From the NCBI GenBank assembly GCA_051530055.1, contig CM121342.1:7634691-7698690 (forward strand): a stretch of 64,000 bases of DNA. Reading direction: 5' to 3'. The DNA is from Neoechinorhynchus agilis (Eukaryota > Animalia > Acanthocephala). The notes below the pieces were generated by a model, which made no database searches, was not told the DNA's origin, and saw only the letters and a program-made list of their open reading frames with translations. The translations under genes and the position numbers were made by a program. Below are positions 52,800 through 64,000 of this stretch, one piece after another; the first letter of the stretch is position 1; the number at the start of each line of letters is the position of its first letter.

Positions 52800-52988
52800 T
52801 TAACAGCAGCATGATTTGCAGCAAGTGCAGCAACAGCATGGGCAGCAGCAACAACAGCAAGGCTTGCAGCAACAGCAGCATGGGCAGCAGCAACAGCAAG
52901 GCTTACAGCAACAGCAGCATGGGCAACAGCAGTCACATCCGCAACCGCAACCGCAACCGCATCCTCCTCCGCATCCACAACAGGACAT
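52800..52988 (-). CDS. Ultra-cysteine-rich microprotein 2 (62 aa, 41 Cys)
   Basis: MSCCGCGGGCGCGCGCGCDCCCPCCCCCKPCCCCC...KSCCC; ATG start, TAA stop, upstream TATA box. Confidence 0.82.
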   Translation of the reverse strand: MSCCGCGGGCGCGCGCGCDCCCPCCCCCKPCCCCCPCCCCCKPCCCCCCPCCCCTCCKSCCC

Positions 52989-53070
52989 TTTTGTTGACTT
53001 GTTTAAAATAAAAAGATTGGTGAAAAGGGTAAGTTTCTTGAGATAGTTTCCAAGTATCGAATGTTGCTCC

Positions 53071-53079
53071 TTTTATATA
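53071..53079 (-). promoter_or_regulatory. TATA box of Cys-rich gene 2
   Basis: TATATAAAA on the minus strand, 83-91 nt upstream of the ATG. Confidence 0.6.
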
Positions 53080-53197
53080 GGCTATTACTTCTGTGTTCTT
53101 CTTTTCAATGTATTCAATTGTTTTTTTACAAAAACACTAAATGAACACTGAACTAGGAGCAGCACGCTTTTCGATCGGAAAATAAAAGTATTCATGA

Positions 53198-54859
53198 TCA
53201 CAAAAAACGAACGTGATTCATTTCTTTGAAAAAATCAATCGCACTTGTAGAGTCATCGGCATCCATTGGCATTGGATGATCAAAAGAAATAGCGATTGTT
53301 GGACGATCCGTAGAAACTAAACGGATCACTGGATCATTGCCATCGGAGAGACTTTTGAGCTCTTCAGGACTGAAGAGACAGGAGTAATTAGAGTCGCTGT
53401 CTGTGCCAAAATCAATTAAAACAGGAGAACCGGATTCCATTGAGGGAAAATATATGTCGAACGAAAAGGACGATAATTCGAATTTCGAAATATGTTTTAA
53501 ATAAAACTCCTTTACGGAATTCATCACGTATTCAATGTGGTCCTCTTCAAAGTTTGTAGGAATGTCAATCTTGCGTTGACTTATGGCTATCAGGTTGCGG
53601 TCTCGGACGAAGCATCTAAATCCGGTCATAGATTGAAGAAAAGAGGACATACAAATGACTGAGAAATCGCACTGTATAAAAAAGTTTATGTAAAATTACG
53701 ATGAGAAAAGTTTGAACCATAACTTTTTTGATAGTAAGGCATCTTCTAAAATCTCGAAAGCAAGACAAAAGCTTTTTGTTTGTATCGCACGTAAAAATTA
53801 AGAGAATTTATTGATTCCAATATTTCGGCGTTGTTTAAGTGCTTTATGGGCGCATTCAAGTGGGAAAAAAACACTTAAATAATCTTAAGAAAGGTACAAG
53901 ATTGTGCCTCCGAAATATTGAAAGCAATAAATTCTTTTAATTTTTATGTGAGATACAAACATGATCAATTCAATCTTCAAACACAAGTCCTTATCGTGCG
54001 TGACTTATTGACGACAATAAGTGTGAAAAACTGTAAAATTTTAGATGATTTAATGAATTTCCAGAATTCTACAGCAAAATTGTACTGCTCGGCTTAAAGT
54101 AAAAGTGAATCGGAAAAATATGGCATTTAGAAACGGCAAAAAAGAAAACCATCTCGTATGCGCATTTATGTTCATCAGAATTGTGCGGGTTTTTAAGAAT
54201 GGATATTGAAAATGTGACAGGAAAAACCAAATAAGTGGATACTCTAAAATGTTCAGAAACAAGTTTGAAAATAATTGATGATTTACAAAATTGAATTTAA
54301 CTTACTGATCACCGATTAATCTCTTTAAAGTCTTCTTATTAAAATGATCGAAAGATTGACAAAATGGAGTATCGACCGTCGAGAATAAATCGATGACCGA
54401 ATATAAATTCGAGTTTTGGATCGATGTCTACAAATCGTTTAAGATTGAGTACAGGGCAGATATAATTTTCTTTAGCATACGAATAGTCTGATTGTAAAAA
54501 CTCCGCTTTGAAACCTGTCGAACTTGTAGATATTAAAGCCGAGTTCATACCAAAGTAGAAGCTCTTAAAAGCTCGAGCACTTCAGTTGTACTTTGACAAC
54601 GACAAGTCCGATCAAATGTTGACCACGCCGCATCCTTGGCACTTGACCAATTCGATTTAGGAAATACGCTTCCACCAAGCATGGAAATGGTTTGGCTTAT
54701 TTTTAAAGTCAATTCGGTGACCTCTTTATTGGAATCAGGATGCGTCATCAAAATAGCCAAAAGATGATGATTTGGAATATTGATAGTCACAGTTCGAATT
54801 GTATGCTGTTTAAAGTTTGGATACCATTTATTGGTGGCACAATCGATGCTTTTTGTCAT
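53198..54859 (-). CDS. CDC123: Cell division cycle protein 123 (ATP-grasp, eIF2 assembly factor)
   Basis: KWYPNFKQHTIR, GGSVFPKSNWSSAKDAAW, VLNLKRF, FRCFV..RNLIAISQR and VLIDF motifs. ATG at 54859. Two splice junctions are not cleanly resolved. Confidence 0.85.
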
Positions 54860-55033
54860 ATTTTTCTGAAAAGGAGAATTAAAGGTTTTGGGACGTTTCA
54901 AATCAAAATCGGGGAACAACTGCTAAACTTATCGCTCGCGTAACAACGCTGTACATTTAATTATTTTAGTACGCATTTTTTTGCCCACAAACGAACACAA
55001 AAACCTTTTAATTTATGGTACGAAAAAGATGAA

Positions 55034-55274
55034 GGGGGCCCAGTGGCCGTGTGGTCTGCGCTTCCACGGTTGTGCGAGGCTGCTGGAAGGGTGAGGGTCA
55101 GATTTGAGATCACCCATCGGCCCCAAAGGGGGTTGGCCCTGTCCCTTCGAGTGCGGCTAAGCGCCTCGGTTGTGTGCAAGTCGGCCGAAAGGCTCCCAAA
55201 ATCAAAAGAAGATGTCGTAGGACCAATCAACTTAATCTGAAGGAGAACAACTGTTTGTGATCAAATAAATAAAT
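55034..55274 (+). mobile_element. SINE-like retroposon, 241 bp, with 11-bp TSD
   Basis: AAAAAGATGAA at both 55023-55033 and 55275-55285; GC-rich structured body; A-box-like TGGCCGTGTGG at 55044-55054; (AAAT)3 tail. No clean B-box. Confidence 0.75.
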
Positions 55275-56027
55275 AAAAAGATGAAAATACACTGGCGTTG
55301 TAAGAATTTGGTATGCAATTGGGAACAATTAGAAATATGAATAGCTAAGAATCGTGGTTATATTTTTACTTGATCATTTTTAATACAAAAAAGAGCTCTA
55401 AAAATTATACATTAGAAAGTATTTAATGTCGCAGGTCACAAATTTGGAGCTTTATAGATAAAGAACAGAAATCCAAGAAGAGAACTTCTGGTTTTATTGC
55501 TTCGAAATCTTTTTTCCATTAATTTGCCCTGTTCCAAAATAATATGCATTAATTATGTTTTAAAAACATCAAAAATAACAGAAGTTAAATCAAGAAATTG
55601 TAAACGCGTCGAACTCGTAAATCGGTATGTAAAAAATAGGTGGCTATTAAACTGTTTTAATATTAAAAAAGTTAGAATTATGGTCAAGATACTCTGTCAA
55701 TAAATACTTCTTATCCTGGGGAGCATCTTCACCACAATTCTAACTTTATTATCCCGAAGCATTTTCTCTCGATGATTAAAAAATATTTTTTAGAATAGAC
55801 AATTTTTTTAATTTTTGATCATAAGCAGTCGTTAGAAATCAATTGGGTGTATTCGAACCAATATTAACTTTAATCCTCTAATTTCCTTGGTGTTCAGCGT
55901 CGATTTAATTGTATCTAAAATATGTTTCAAAGCGTTCATTGTGCCTTTACTAACAATTTCGTAAAACTACTCAATTTTTTAAATTTTGTTATAGGGTAAC
56001 TCACGTAAAACTGTAATAAAATGTTTT

Positions 56028-58312
56028 TTAAGCTTGGTCATCAGAAGTCGCATCGCTTAGAAGTGGATGTGTGTCTAATGAGGCCGTTCGACGCTTTTTA
56101 ACTTGGAAAAACACTTCAATAGCAAGCATTAGGATGATAGGAATTCCGAATAGCAGTGCCAAATGTGCCAATAGCACTGATGATAGTTCCTCTGAAAGGA
56201 AGACGTTGTTGCCTTTTTGAACAAATCCAAATGAACACGTCCAAACGAAGTATCCGCTTTGACTTTTACTGCATGGTTGAGCTGTGAAATTAGTTTCGCT
56301 ACTTGTCACGCCTGTGAATGGTAACTCCCAAGTACTGTTCGTCAAAGTCGCATCCACATTGCACCATCTCATCGCCGGCCTTGAATACTCCAGAAAATAC
56401 AGTGGACGCCAGGAAACGACTCGGGCTACATCGTCAACAGTTAAGTCGTCTTCAATGTAAACATTGGACGTGAATACACTTGGCATGTTTTCATCGTTGA
56501 AATATCGATGCTCAACAAGACGAGCATTGGACGAATTTGTGAACCCAATAGAAAAAGAGTTCACTCGTCCTCCAGTAGGAGAAAAAAAGGAAATATCCAG
56601 TAGTAGACATTCGTCAGGAACTGGCAATCGGGGTAACTTTTGGTCTTTTTTGTTATGAGACAAAGCGTCTTTCTTTTCATGAAAAATATCATTTTGTCAT
56701 TCTATAGCGTTCAAAAACCCTGTGGATTTTGATTTGTTGTAGACAAATGATAGCTTGGAATGCATATAAAAGATACCAATCCACGCAAAAAGTCCACATT
56801 AAAACTAAACAAAAAGGCGCACACTGTATAAATTATTTTTAATGCTTTTACTAGACGAGAATATCTGCCATATTTTTGTCTAATTAAACAAAGATTTCGA
56901 CTTGGTTGGGCAACCAAAGAACACAAGGGAGGGCGTGGATTCATTCTGTGAACAACTGCAATTCCCTGTTGAGTTTCCATGTCTGAAACAAATCTAGATA
57001 TCTGCCTTAAGATGAAAGAGATCTTCGACGAAGTCTTCCCTTAGACCGAGGGAAGTGCCTCTTATGGGATGCAACCTGCACCGACAACATTGCCAAGTCC
57101 TTCGCTTATTTAGCCAGTAACGGCCCAGGTACTGTAGCGACTGCAGCGGGGCGAGCTTCCATTTCGTACCATTTGGGGATCGAAACGTTCGGGCCCTCGT
57201 TGAATCCGCACTTTAGCTGGTTTCAGATATAGCCGAGGTCGATGGCGATGAAAAAAAACAAAATATCTCCCTCGCAGTACAACGAGGGAATGCTGCCAGC
57301 GTGAGGAAAACCTTTTTTACATAAAAACACATCCAAAAAGAAGTGAGCTGATTAAAAAAGATAATTGATAAAAAAGGGAGAGGATAAACCGATTTAAATC
57401 GAAGAGCGACGATTTGTTTGATAGTAATAAAATGTCCTCCTCATAAGGTGTAAGAATGTTAATGTATTAGCAATGATTTTAAAATTTGTGGAATCGGGTA
57501 TACGAGTCCAGTTGATAGTTTTTTGCTGTTGTCTTAAACAGCATAAAATGTTTGATTTGAGAAGAAGCGTTACAAATTTTGGGACTATTGAATAATGCTG
57601 AAGATGTGAACGGGAAGAGATAAGTGAAGTGAACAACAAAAATCGACAGGTTTTTATCTCTCGATTGGTGCCAATGCTAAATTTCGTGAGTTGCCCAAAT
57701 AAATGAATTTTTGGGTTTCTATGGTGCTCTAAATCAAAATGCAATGAAAAAATAAAGAAAATGTTAATAAAACGGACTTAGAAAAAGACGCCTTCTTTCA
57801 TTAGACCCATCTCTGAAATACAAACTTAAGATATCACCACTAGCAGTAAGATTTGAACTGAGTCTCAAAACATAATCGTCGTTTTCCGCTGCAATTCCTT
57901 TAGAAATATCCCATTGAGCATCAACCGGTGAAATATTCATCATCCTCGGTAATCCTGAACCATCGTTGAACAAAATGTCGTGAAACTCGAAGGAGAAGTT
58001 TGCGGAGTTTTCACGAGTTTTCAAAGGATTCTTATGCAAAACGTCTTCATTTGAACCGTTAACCATTGTAATCCAGTCGATGATAAGGTTGTGTTCATGC
58101 ATTCGGTATAAATGGACGGATAACGACCGAAAAAAAGTTATAGCGACCACAAGACCTAAAGAATCGGAGCATTGCTTGTCTATAACGATCACTTGTCGGT
58201 CCGACTTAAGAAACTGAAGCAAATCAATCGGACACCCTGGGTTGATTGAAGCGGAAATGTTACAGTGACCGAGAATCGATCCCATATTGGCTAATATGAG
58301 TACAATGATCAT
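56028..58312 (-). CDS. GLMP: Glycosylated lysosomal membrane protein (NCU-G1 family)
   Basis: Signal peptide and SINPGC in ORF 57764-58312. PRL, NDENMPSVF, SWRPLYF, YFVW..FG and TM LSSVLLAHLALLFGIPIILML in ORF 56028-56663 match NCU-G1 blocks. Joined across an intron of about 1.15 kb (junction approximate). Confidence 0.72.
57036..57306 (+). mobile_element. 5'-truncated 3' end of a CRE-like RLE retrotransposon, copy 3, inside the GLMP intron
   Basis: RGKCLLWDATCTD, IETFG and ISLAVQRGNAASV motifs with deletions. Confidence 0.8.
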
Positions 58313-59034
58313 CTTTGAACGAATTGAAAAAATGTTAAGAAATTAAATCGCGTCACCAAACAAAAAATATTGTTGGTTGTTTTACGGAGAAGAAATTAAA
58401 ATCCGATTGATTTCGAAGGCACACAATCTCCTGTGCCTTTTGATCAAAGATTCTTGTAAGTTTTTCGCAATTTAAGCTCGGTTGTAGGAAACTTACAAGA
58501 AACCTTGTGCCTCTGAAATCAGTCGGATTTCTGAAAATGAAATCATTTTAATTTTCCTCCTCGTCATAAAACAACAACTTTATGAACATTGTACGTTGGC
58601 GAATCCAATCTCCGGTGTTATCGATACTCATTTATTTTCGAGCCAAGAGAACGGGCTTGGAGAGTAACAGCGAGGAAAGAAGAACCTGTTGAGCTTATCT
58701 CGAAAATAAATGAGTATCGATAACACTGGGGATAGAATTCGCCAACGTGCAATCAAATTTACCCCGAAGACAACGATATATGACTTTATGAACAGTTTAA
58801 TCTTCAAAAAATATTCACTTAATCGATCAAATCACGCACAAATCGTTAATTCGCATTCTCTAAAACATGACGATTCGTACACGGAAGAATCATTTCATGG
58901 TTTCTCGCTGAAACTGGACTATTTCTAAGGCTGGGTTTTTTTGTTTTCTCGCTGATCGTTTACTTAATCGATAAATACGATTTCTCGCTCTTTCGGATTA
59001 ATTGGAGTTTTCAACGAAATAAATTGCGAGCTTT

Positions 59035-60963
59035 ATGTCTTCATCCGAAGAAGAGATGATTTGGGTGGAAGCCGAAACGTCGAAATCTCCTGTGCGAAAC
59101 CGAATAGGACCAACGATGCCACCGGCTGATTGGAAATCGAAACCTATAGACCGAGATTCGTGGATGACGGGAAATGAACTCGACGACATTTTTTGCAATA
59201 CAAAGGAAAAACGGACAAGGAAAACTGACACAAAACGGGACAATGAAGAGATAATTCGAATATAATGGTTGCCTTTGACATTCTGGATTTATGGCTCCCA
59301 CGTTTTGCCTTCCTCGTTTTAATGTAATTTGAAGTTAATCTTCGAGCTTAATATTCAATTTTACCGATTTTGAGTTTTTTTTAATCGAAAATATTTTATT
59401 TCAATCAATCTTTATTTCTCGACAATTAACACACTCACCACCTCCCGCCGAATTCCAGCTTTTGTCCTTCCTCGACCGTCGCCATCACGCTGGCAGCATT
59501 GCCTCGTTGTACTGCGAGCGAGATATTTTGTCGAAGGAATACGCCTGCTCTTGAGTTTCGCTTTTGAGTGCTTTTTCGGAGAAAATTCTATGTTGAAAGA
59601 ATTATCTTTAAAAAAATTTTTTCTCCGAAGAACACAAGGTTTTTCAACAAAACATTCTTTACTCGGCTTTTTCGTTTTAGGCACGCAGTCAACGCCCGGA
59701 ATCTCAGAGCGGTATTTCGTCCCCTTTGGTCTTAAATCATCGGCAATCTTGGTCCCATTTTTACCCTGAAAAGTGGTCGAAAGGACACTCGGATCGTTTC
59801 CCAATCGGACCAGCCGGCAATCGTGTCCCGATTAATCGTTAAACTCACCGATAAGTATATTTGGAAGTTTAAGGGTGACCATTTGATGCAAACCTGTAAA
59901 TTTATTATACTAATCTTTAACGACAAAGGCAGCTTTTCATGAACGAGCGCGAGTTAAATCCTTCTGTTTCACATTGTACCGAACAAGCAGCTGAATCGTT
60001 CGCAATGATCGTTGGGCAACAACGTAGCCGAAAGCGAACAAGACCGGAAAAATGCTTTACGGGTGACGTAAGTATTTTTTTATATTAAGAGAGAGAGGAC
60101 GGTTAATTAATCGATTTAAACTTAGTTAGTTTCAAAGGAATATCGATTAGGAGTACGAGAGATCGAGCGTCGTACCTGTTCGGACAATATCGATTGGTCA
60201 AGGAAGATATTCGGACCTACAAGAATCGACCGTTGTAAATTCTGCGATGAATTCTCGAGTCAAAGGATGGAAGTCATAGCAATGGGCCCAGATGCGAAAG
60301 TAGCCGCCTTTCCCGTATATGAAAAAGTCTTAGTTCCAACTCATTGCTTTTTAACTTCGTTTTCGCACATTACAAGTTCCGTAAATAGCGATCGTGAAAT
60401 TTTGGACGAGATGTCCGTGTTAATGAGTGCGTACACAAAGTTCTTCAGAAACGACCATGATTGTTTATTTACTGAGATTGTTGGTAAACACATGAGAATT
60501 GACTGTTACGCGGTTCCAAAATCTAGGGAGAGTGCAATGGCATCGGCTTATTTTAAGGTATTGTTGACCGTTGCAATTTCTTTACTTAATCGCATAAGCT
60601 AGAAAGCTTTGAACGACAGTGAAGGTTGGTGGAACGCACAAAACAAGAAATTGATTAAAGTCAAAAGTTTTAAAGAAACTCGCAAAATGGTGAGTGGAAA
60701 CGTTTTGTAATCCTCTCGCTCATTTTGATAAGAAGATCCCACGTGAACTGCCTTATTTCGCCGTTTGGTTCAATAACGGAGAAGGATATGTTCATTTAAT
60801 AGAGTCGCGTCGTGAGTATCCGCGCGATTTTGCCCAATCAATCATGGCAACTATTTTGTGTCTGGAAAATCATGAGTGGAAATCAAAGAATGTTAAATGC
60901 GATGTTGAGTTACTTCGAAAGGGATTAAAATTGTTGCGTTACCCCATAGCCGTCGACGACTAA
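59035..60963 (+). CDS. CWF19L2: CWF19-like protein 2 (spliceosome disassembly factor)
   Basis: N-terminal WVE..RDSWMT and ERELNP; C-terminal CwfJ region (CKFC, LVPTHC, LPYFAVWF, GYVHLIE, YPRDFAQSIM). Multi-exon; internal junctions approximate. Confidence 0.85.
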
Positions 60964-60968
60964 CCTTT

Positions 60969-63638
60969 TTAGCCAAGAAAAATCGTCTCATCTTTTCTCT
61001 TCTTTGTTACCACAGTACCCGGCTTGTGCTGAGCATCCGGATGATTGGCAAGTTCCTGCGGACACGTACTAACTGGACTTTCATTAATTAGCTCCTTTAA
61101 ATCGAAGAAAACAGCACTATCTTCTTGAGTAACTAAAGAGATGGCGCGTCCACTCTTTCCAGCTCGTCCAGTTCGTCCAATTCGATGTGTATAATCCTCT
61201 ATTGTCTTAGCCATATCGTAGTTTATGACATGTGAGACATCTTTTATATCGATTCCACGCCCGGCCACATCCGTCGCCACTAAAATATCCTTCATCCCAA
61301 GTTTTAGGGACGATAAAGCATAATCTCGTTGTTCTTGCCCTTTGCCTCCATGAAGTGTACATGTACTATATCCCATTTTCTCAAGTGATTTTGCCAATAT
61401 ATCAGCAGCCTTTTTCTGGTTCACAAAGATAATAATGGGCGGTTCAAATCCTCGCTCTAAGATCTGACATAATTTCTTCTTTTTCTCATTTTCAGAGCAC
61501 ATTATAACAATTTGCTCAACTCTTTCCGTTGGCTTTCCAATCGCACCGATATAGACGGCAGCTGGACGTCTTAAATAATTTCTAGCTAATCGTTCTACGG
61601 CCGGAGGCATCGTGGCGGTAAACATAACCGTTTGGCGGTACTTGTTCTTGTTTCCAAGACTGTACATCGCACTAATCACTTCCTCGTCCGGCTCTTCAGG
61701 TTTCATGTTTGTAACTGGAAGGAAATCTAGAATTTTCTGTACGTCTGCCTCGAAACCCATATCGATCATACGATCCGCTTCGTCCATCACAACGTACGTA
61801 CACTGATTCAGAACGAGATACCGATTCTCAAGAACGTCAACTAGACGACCAGGAGTACCTATGACAACTTCACATCCCATTCGTAACCGAAATCCTTGAT
61901 CCTCTCTCGATAAACCTCCAATTAAGGAGACAATCTTAATATTCAAAGGGGTACCGAACAGTAAACATTCCGACTCAATCTGTTGAGCCAGTTCTCGAGT
62001 AGGTGCCAGAATGAGAGCATAAGGTCCTTGATCAGCATCTTCTAGTCTCTCAATCTTTGGTAAAGATTGAATCCAAACGAAAAGAGGAATAAGAAATGCA
62101 GCAGTCTTTCCCGATCCCGTTTCAGCTATTCCAATCACGTCTCTATTCTGTAAACCGATTGGAATAGCCTGTCGCTGAATAGGCGTCGGTTCATCATAAC
62201 CAATACTTTTAATCACTTCCAATATATCTGCAGGAAGACCAGCTTCTGACCATTTTCTTACTGGATTAGGAATATTACCTCCTTTTGTACTTATATTGAA
62301 GTCTTCACGGAATATGCGCCAATCCCGCTCGGTCATCTGAGACAATGATTTGTCTGTCCAATGACGTTCGTCATACTTTATTCTAGCTTCTCTATTTGCT
62401 AATCGCTTAAGTCGAACACCTTCCTGATCTTTCTCTGCCTGAGTTCGTCGCTCTTCAAGCAACGATCCGTAGAATTCCGTCTGTGATTTGCGTTGAAGTT
62501 TTAAATCAATCCCTGCAAAATGGCCACGACCATAGAATTGAATCGTGTGTCGGTCTTTGTAAAGTGGGTTGTAGTCCACGCTTGTATCCTCGTTTGTGTC
62601 CCAGTCAAATACGAACTTACGATCGTTCAATCGGCGGCGTTTTCTCCTCTTTCTAATTGTATCCACACCAGAGTCTTAGAAAAAGCTGTTAATGAAATTT
62701 GTCGCAAAATAGAAAGTATTTCTCGAGTTTGAATACAATTCGAATTAAAAATCCCAAAACTTCAGCTTGGTAAATGTTGACAAAATGGCCGTCCCATTTT
62801 TAAAGTGATGTTCTCAATGGCGAATTGTAACGCACTCCAAGGCCTCAGCCTCCTTCTCAAGCACTGATTGTAAGTTTTTAAATATTGGAGTACTCGAAGG
62901 AACAATTGGATAGGAATAAAGTGATATTGAAAATTAAAACAATTTTAGTTATTTTGTTTGGGATCGTCATTTCAGGAAGGGGGAAAGTATCTCCACCACA
63001 ATTCTAACTCTGTATTTTTGATGATGATGATGATGATCAGAATAGTGATTGATTTATTAATTTCCATTATTTCGTCGGACTTCAGGTTTCTTGCAAGTTT
63101 TCTACTATTCAAGCGCTTAAATGGGAATTAATAAATCAATCTCTATTCTTTTCAGTACCAAATATCGAATGATTTTCCCCGATGATTAAATTGAAAATTG
63201 CCTAGACCGAATAGACTTCAGTGCGTTCGCACCCAAGTAACGTTCTCTAATTGCAGCAGATTCCCTTCCTTTGTCTTCATTTGTTTTTAAATCTTCAAGA
63301 GTCGTTCTTTTTCCATCCCGTTTTCCACGACTAAGATCTCGAGCGTCCCCATCGTGCCTTGCCTCATTTAAATACCTTAGATGGCTAGCTCGTGCTTCTT
63401 CGATTTTTCTCCTTTGTTTATCCGCTTCCTCTTGCCGACGCTTCAAAGCTTCAGCCTCGCGTTCCGCTTTACTTAAAAATTTCGGTTTGGATTCCTCTTC
63501 CTCGAGTCGTTTTCTCCTTTCAACCATTTCATCAAGTGATAGAGGAACGCGTTTCTTCTTAGCGACGGGCTGATCATCCTTTTCCGCCGTTTTCATTTCA
63601 TCATCCGATGAATTTAATCCCTTTTTGCTCCGGTGCAT
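60969..63638 (-). CDS. DDX23: DEAD-box helicase DDX23/Prp28
   Basis: [28 protein letters not shown]-motif, [24 protein letters not shown]. Probable single phase-1 intron 63232-62675. First ATG at 63638. Confidence 0.97.
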
Positions 63639-63736
63639 CAATTCATCCAAATGCCTCGGTCTGCTTCACACTGCCACTCCAAAGAGTTTCTTCCGTGTCC
63701 TTCAAAATGACGTCACAATTGTTTACTTTTTATAGT

Positions 63737-63825
63737 GAGGCACAATCTTGTACGCATTTATCAAGGATGCTTATAGGTTTTCTTTACGATGCAAGATTGC
63801 TTCAATTTTTTTTGGTAATATAAAA
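63737..63825 (+). repeat. Dispersed repeat copy matching ~3532-3625
   Basis: GAGGCACAATCTTGTACGCATTTATCAAGGATGCTT is nearly identical to the blocks at about 2897 and 3533. Confidence 0.85.
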
Positions 63826-64000
63826 ATTGTTTGTATCTGGCGTGAAAATTAAAAGAATTTATTGATTTTGATATTCCGACAAACTGTTCTTCACAATGGT
63901 CTTTGGAAGCAGTTCCTTTTGTTGAAAAGATAATTCATTGTTATTTGTTGATAGGAGAGAGATAAATGAAATTAAGATTTTATTGGATATTTCGATCCAC

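Noticed and set aside
52760-53046. Poly-Gln, poly-Ala and Ser/Asn ORFs overlapping Cys-rich gene 2, and the Leu-rich ORF 33161-33382
   Set aside because: Alternate-frame or antisense shadows; only the Cys frame has a TATA box and is shared in both paralogues.
55034-55260. RNase P/MRP, SRP, 7SK, telomerase RNA or HDV/pistol/hammerhead ribozyme identity for the GC-rich island
   Set aside because: Diagnostic conserved motifs could not be matched convincingly; the TSD and tail favour a SINE.
58710-58928. 72-aa ATG ORF between GLMP and CWF19L2
   Set aside because: No motif or homology evident; lies in a probable bidirectional promoter region.
59412-59804. 130-aa Lys-rich antisense ORF nested in CWF19L2
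   Set aside because: Starts at TTG, no upstream ATG or acceptor in frame, no domain; cannot be supported without RNA data.

Overview
AT-rich eukaryotic DNA from a compact-genome bilaterian animal. This is inferred from a YPWM-type Hox gene, FoxO, a neuropeptide-type GPCR, tropomyosin and many short GT-AG introns of about 46-53 nt; the taxon cannot be named from sequence alone. Recognisable genes in order: intronless tropomyosin, HPF1-like, a small bHLH factor, GRIPAP1, a solitary Hox3-like gene, a divergent FoxO, extended synaptotagmin, a class A GPCR, MAPKAPK2-like kinase, CDC123, GLMP, CWF19L2 and DDX23. Accessory content: three decayed RLE-type (CRE-like) non-LTR retrotransposon copies, a decayed APE-type LINE, an apparently intact SINE-like insertion with an 11-bp target-site duplication, a MITE-like element and four tandem arrays (46, about 134/113, 156 and 101 bp units). 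There are also interleaved inverted duplications at 10-21 kb, one carrying a NAT8-like acetyltransferase relic. Best leads: (1) two paralogous microproteins of about 66% cysteine with matching promoter layout, one missed by the ORF track; (2) conserved regulators with altered key motifs (HPF1 catalytic residues, FoxO Akt sites, E-Syt C2C domain); (3) the inverted-repeat cassette around GRIPAP1. All homology calls are by-eye motif recognition; no database search was run.
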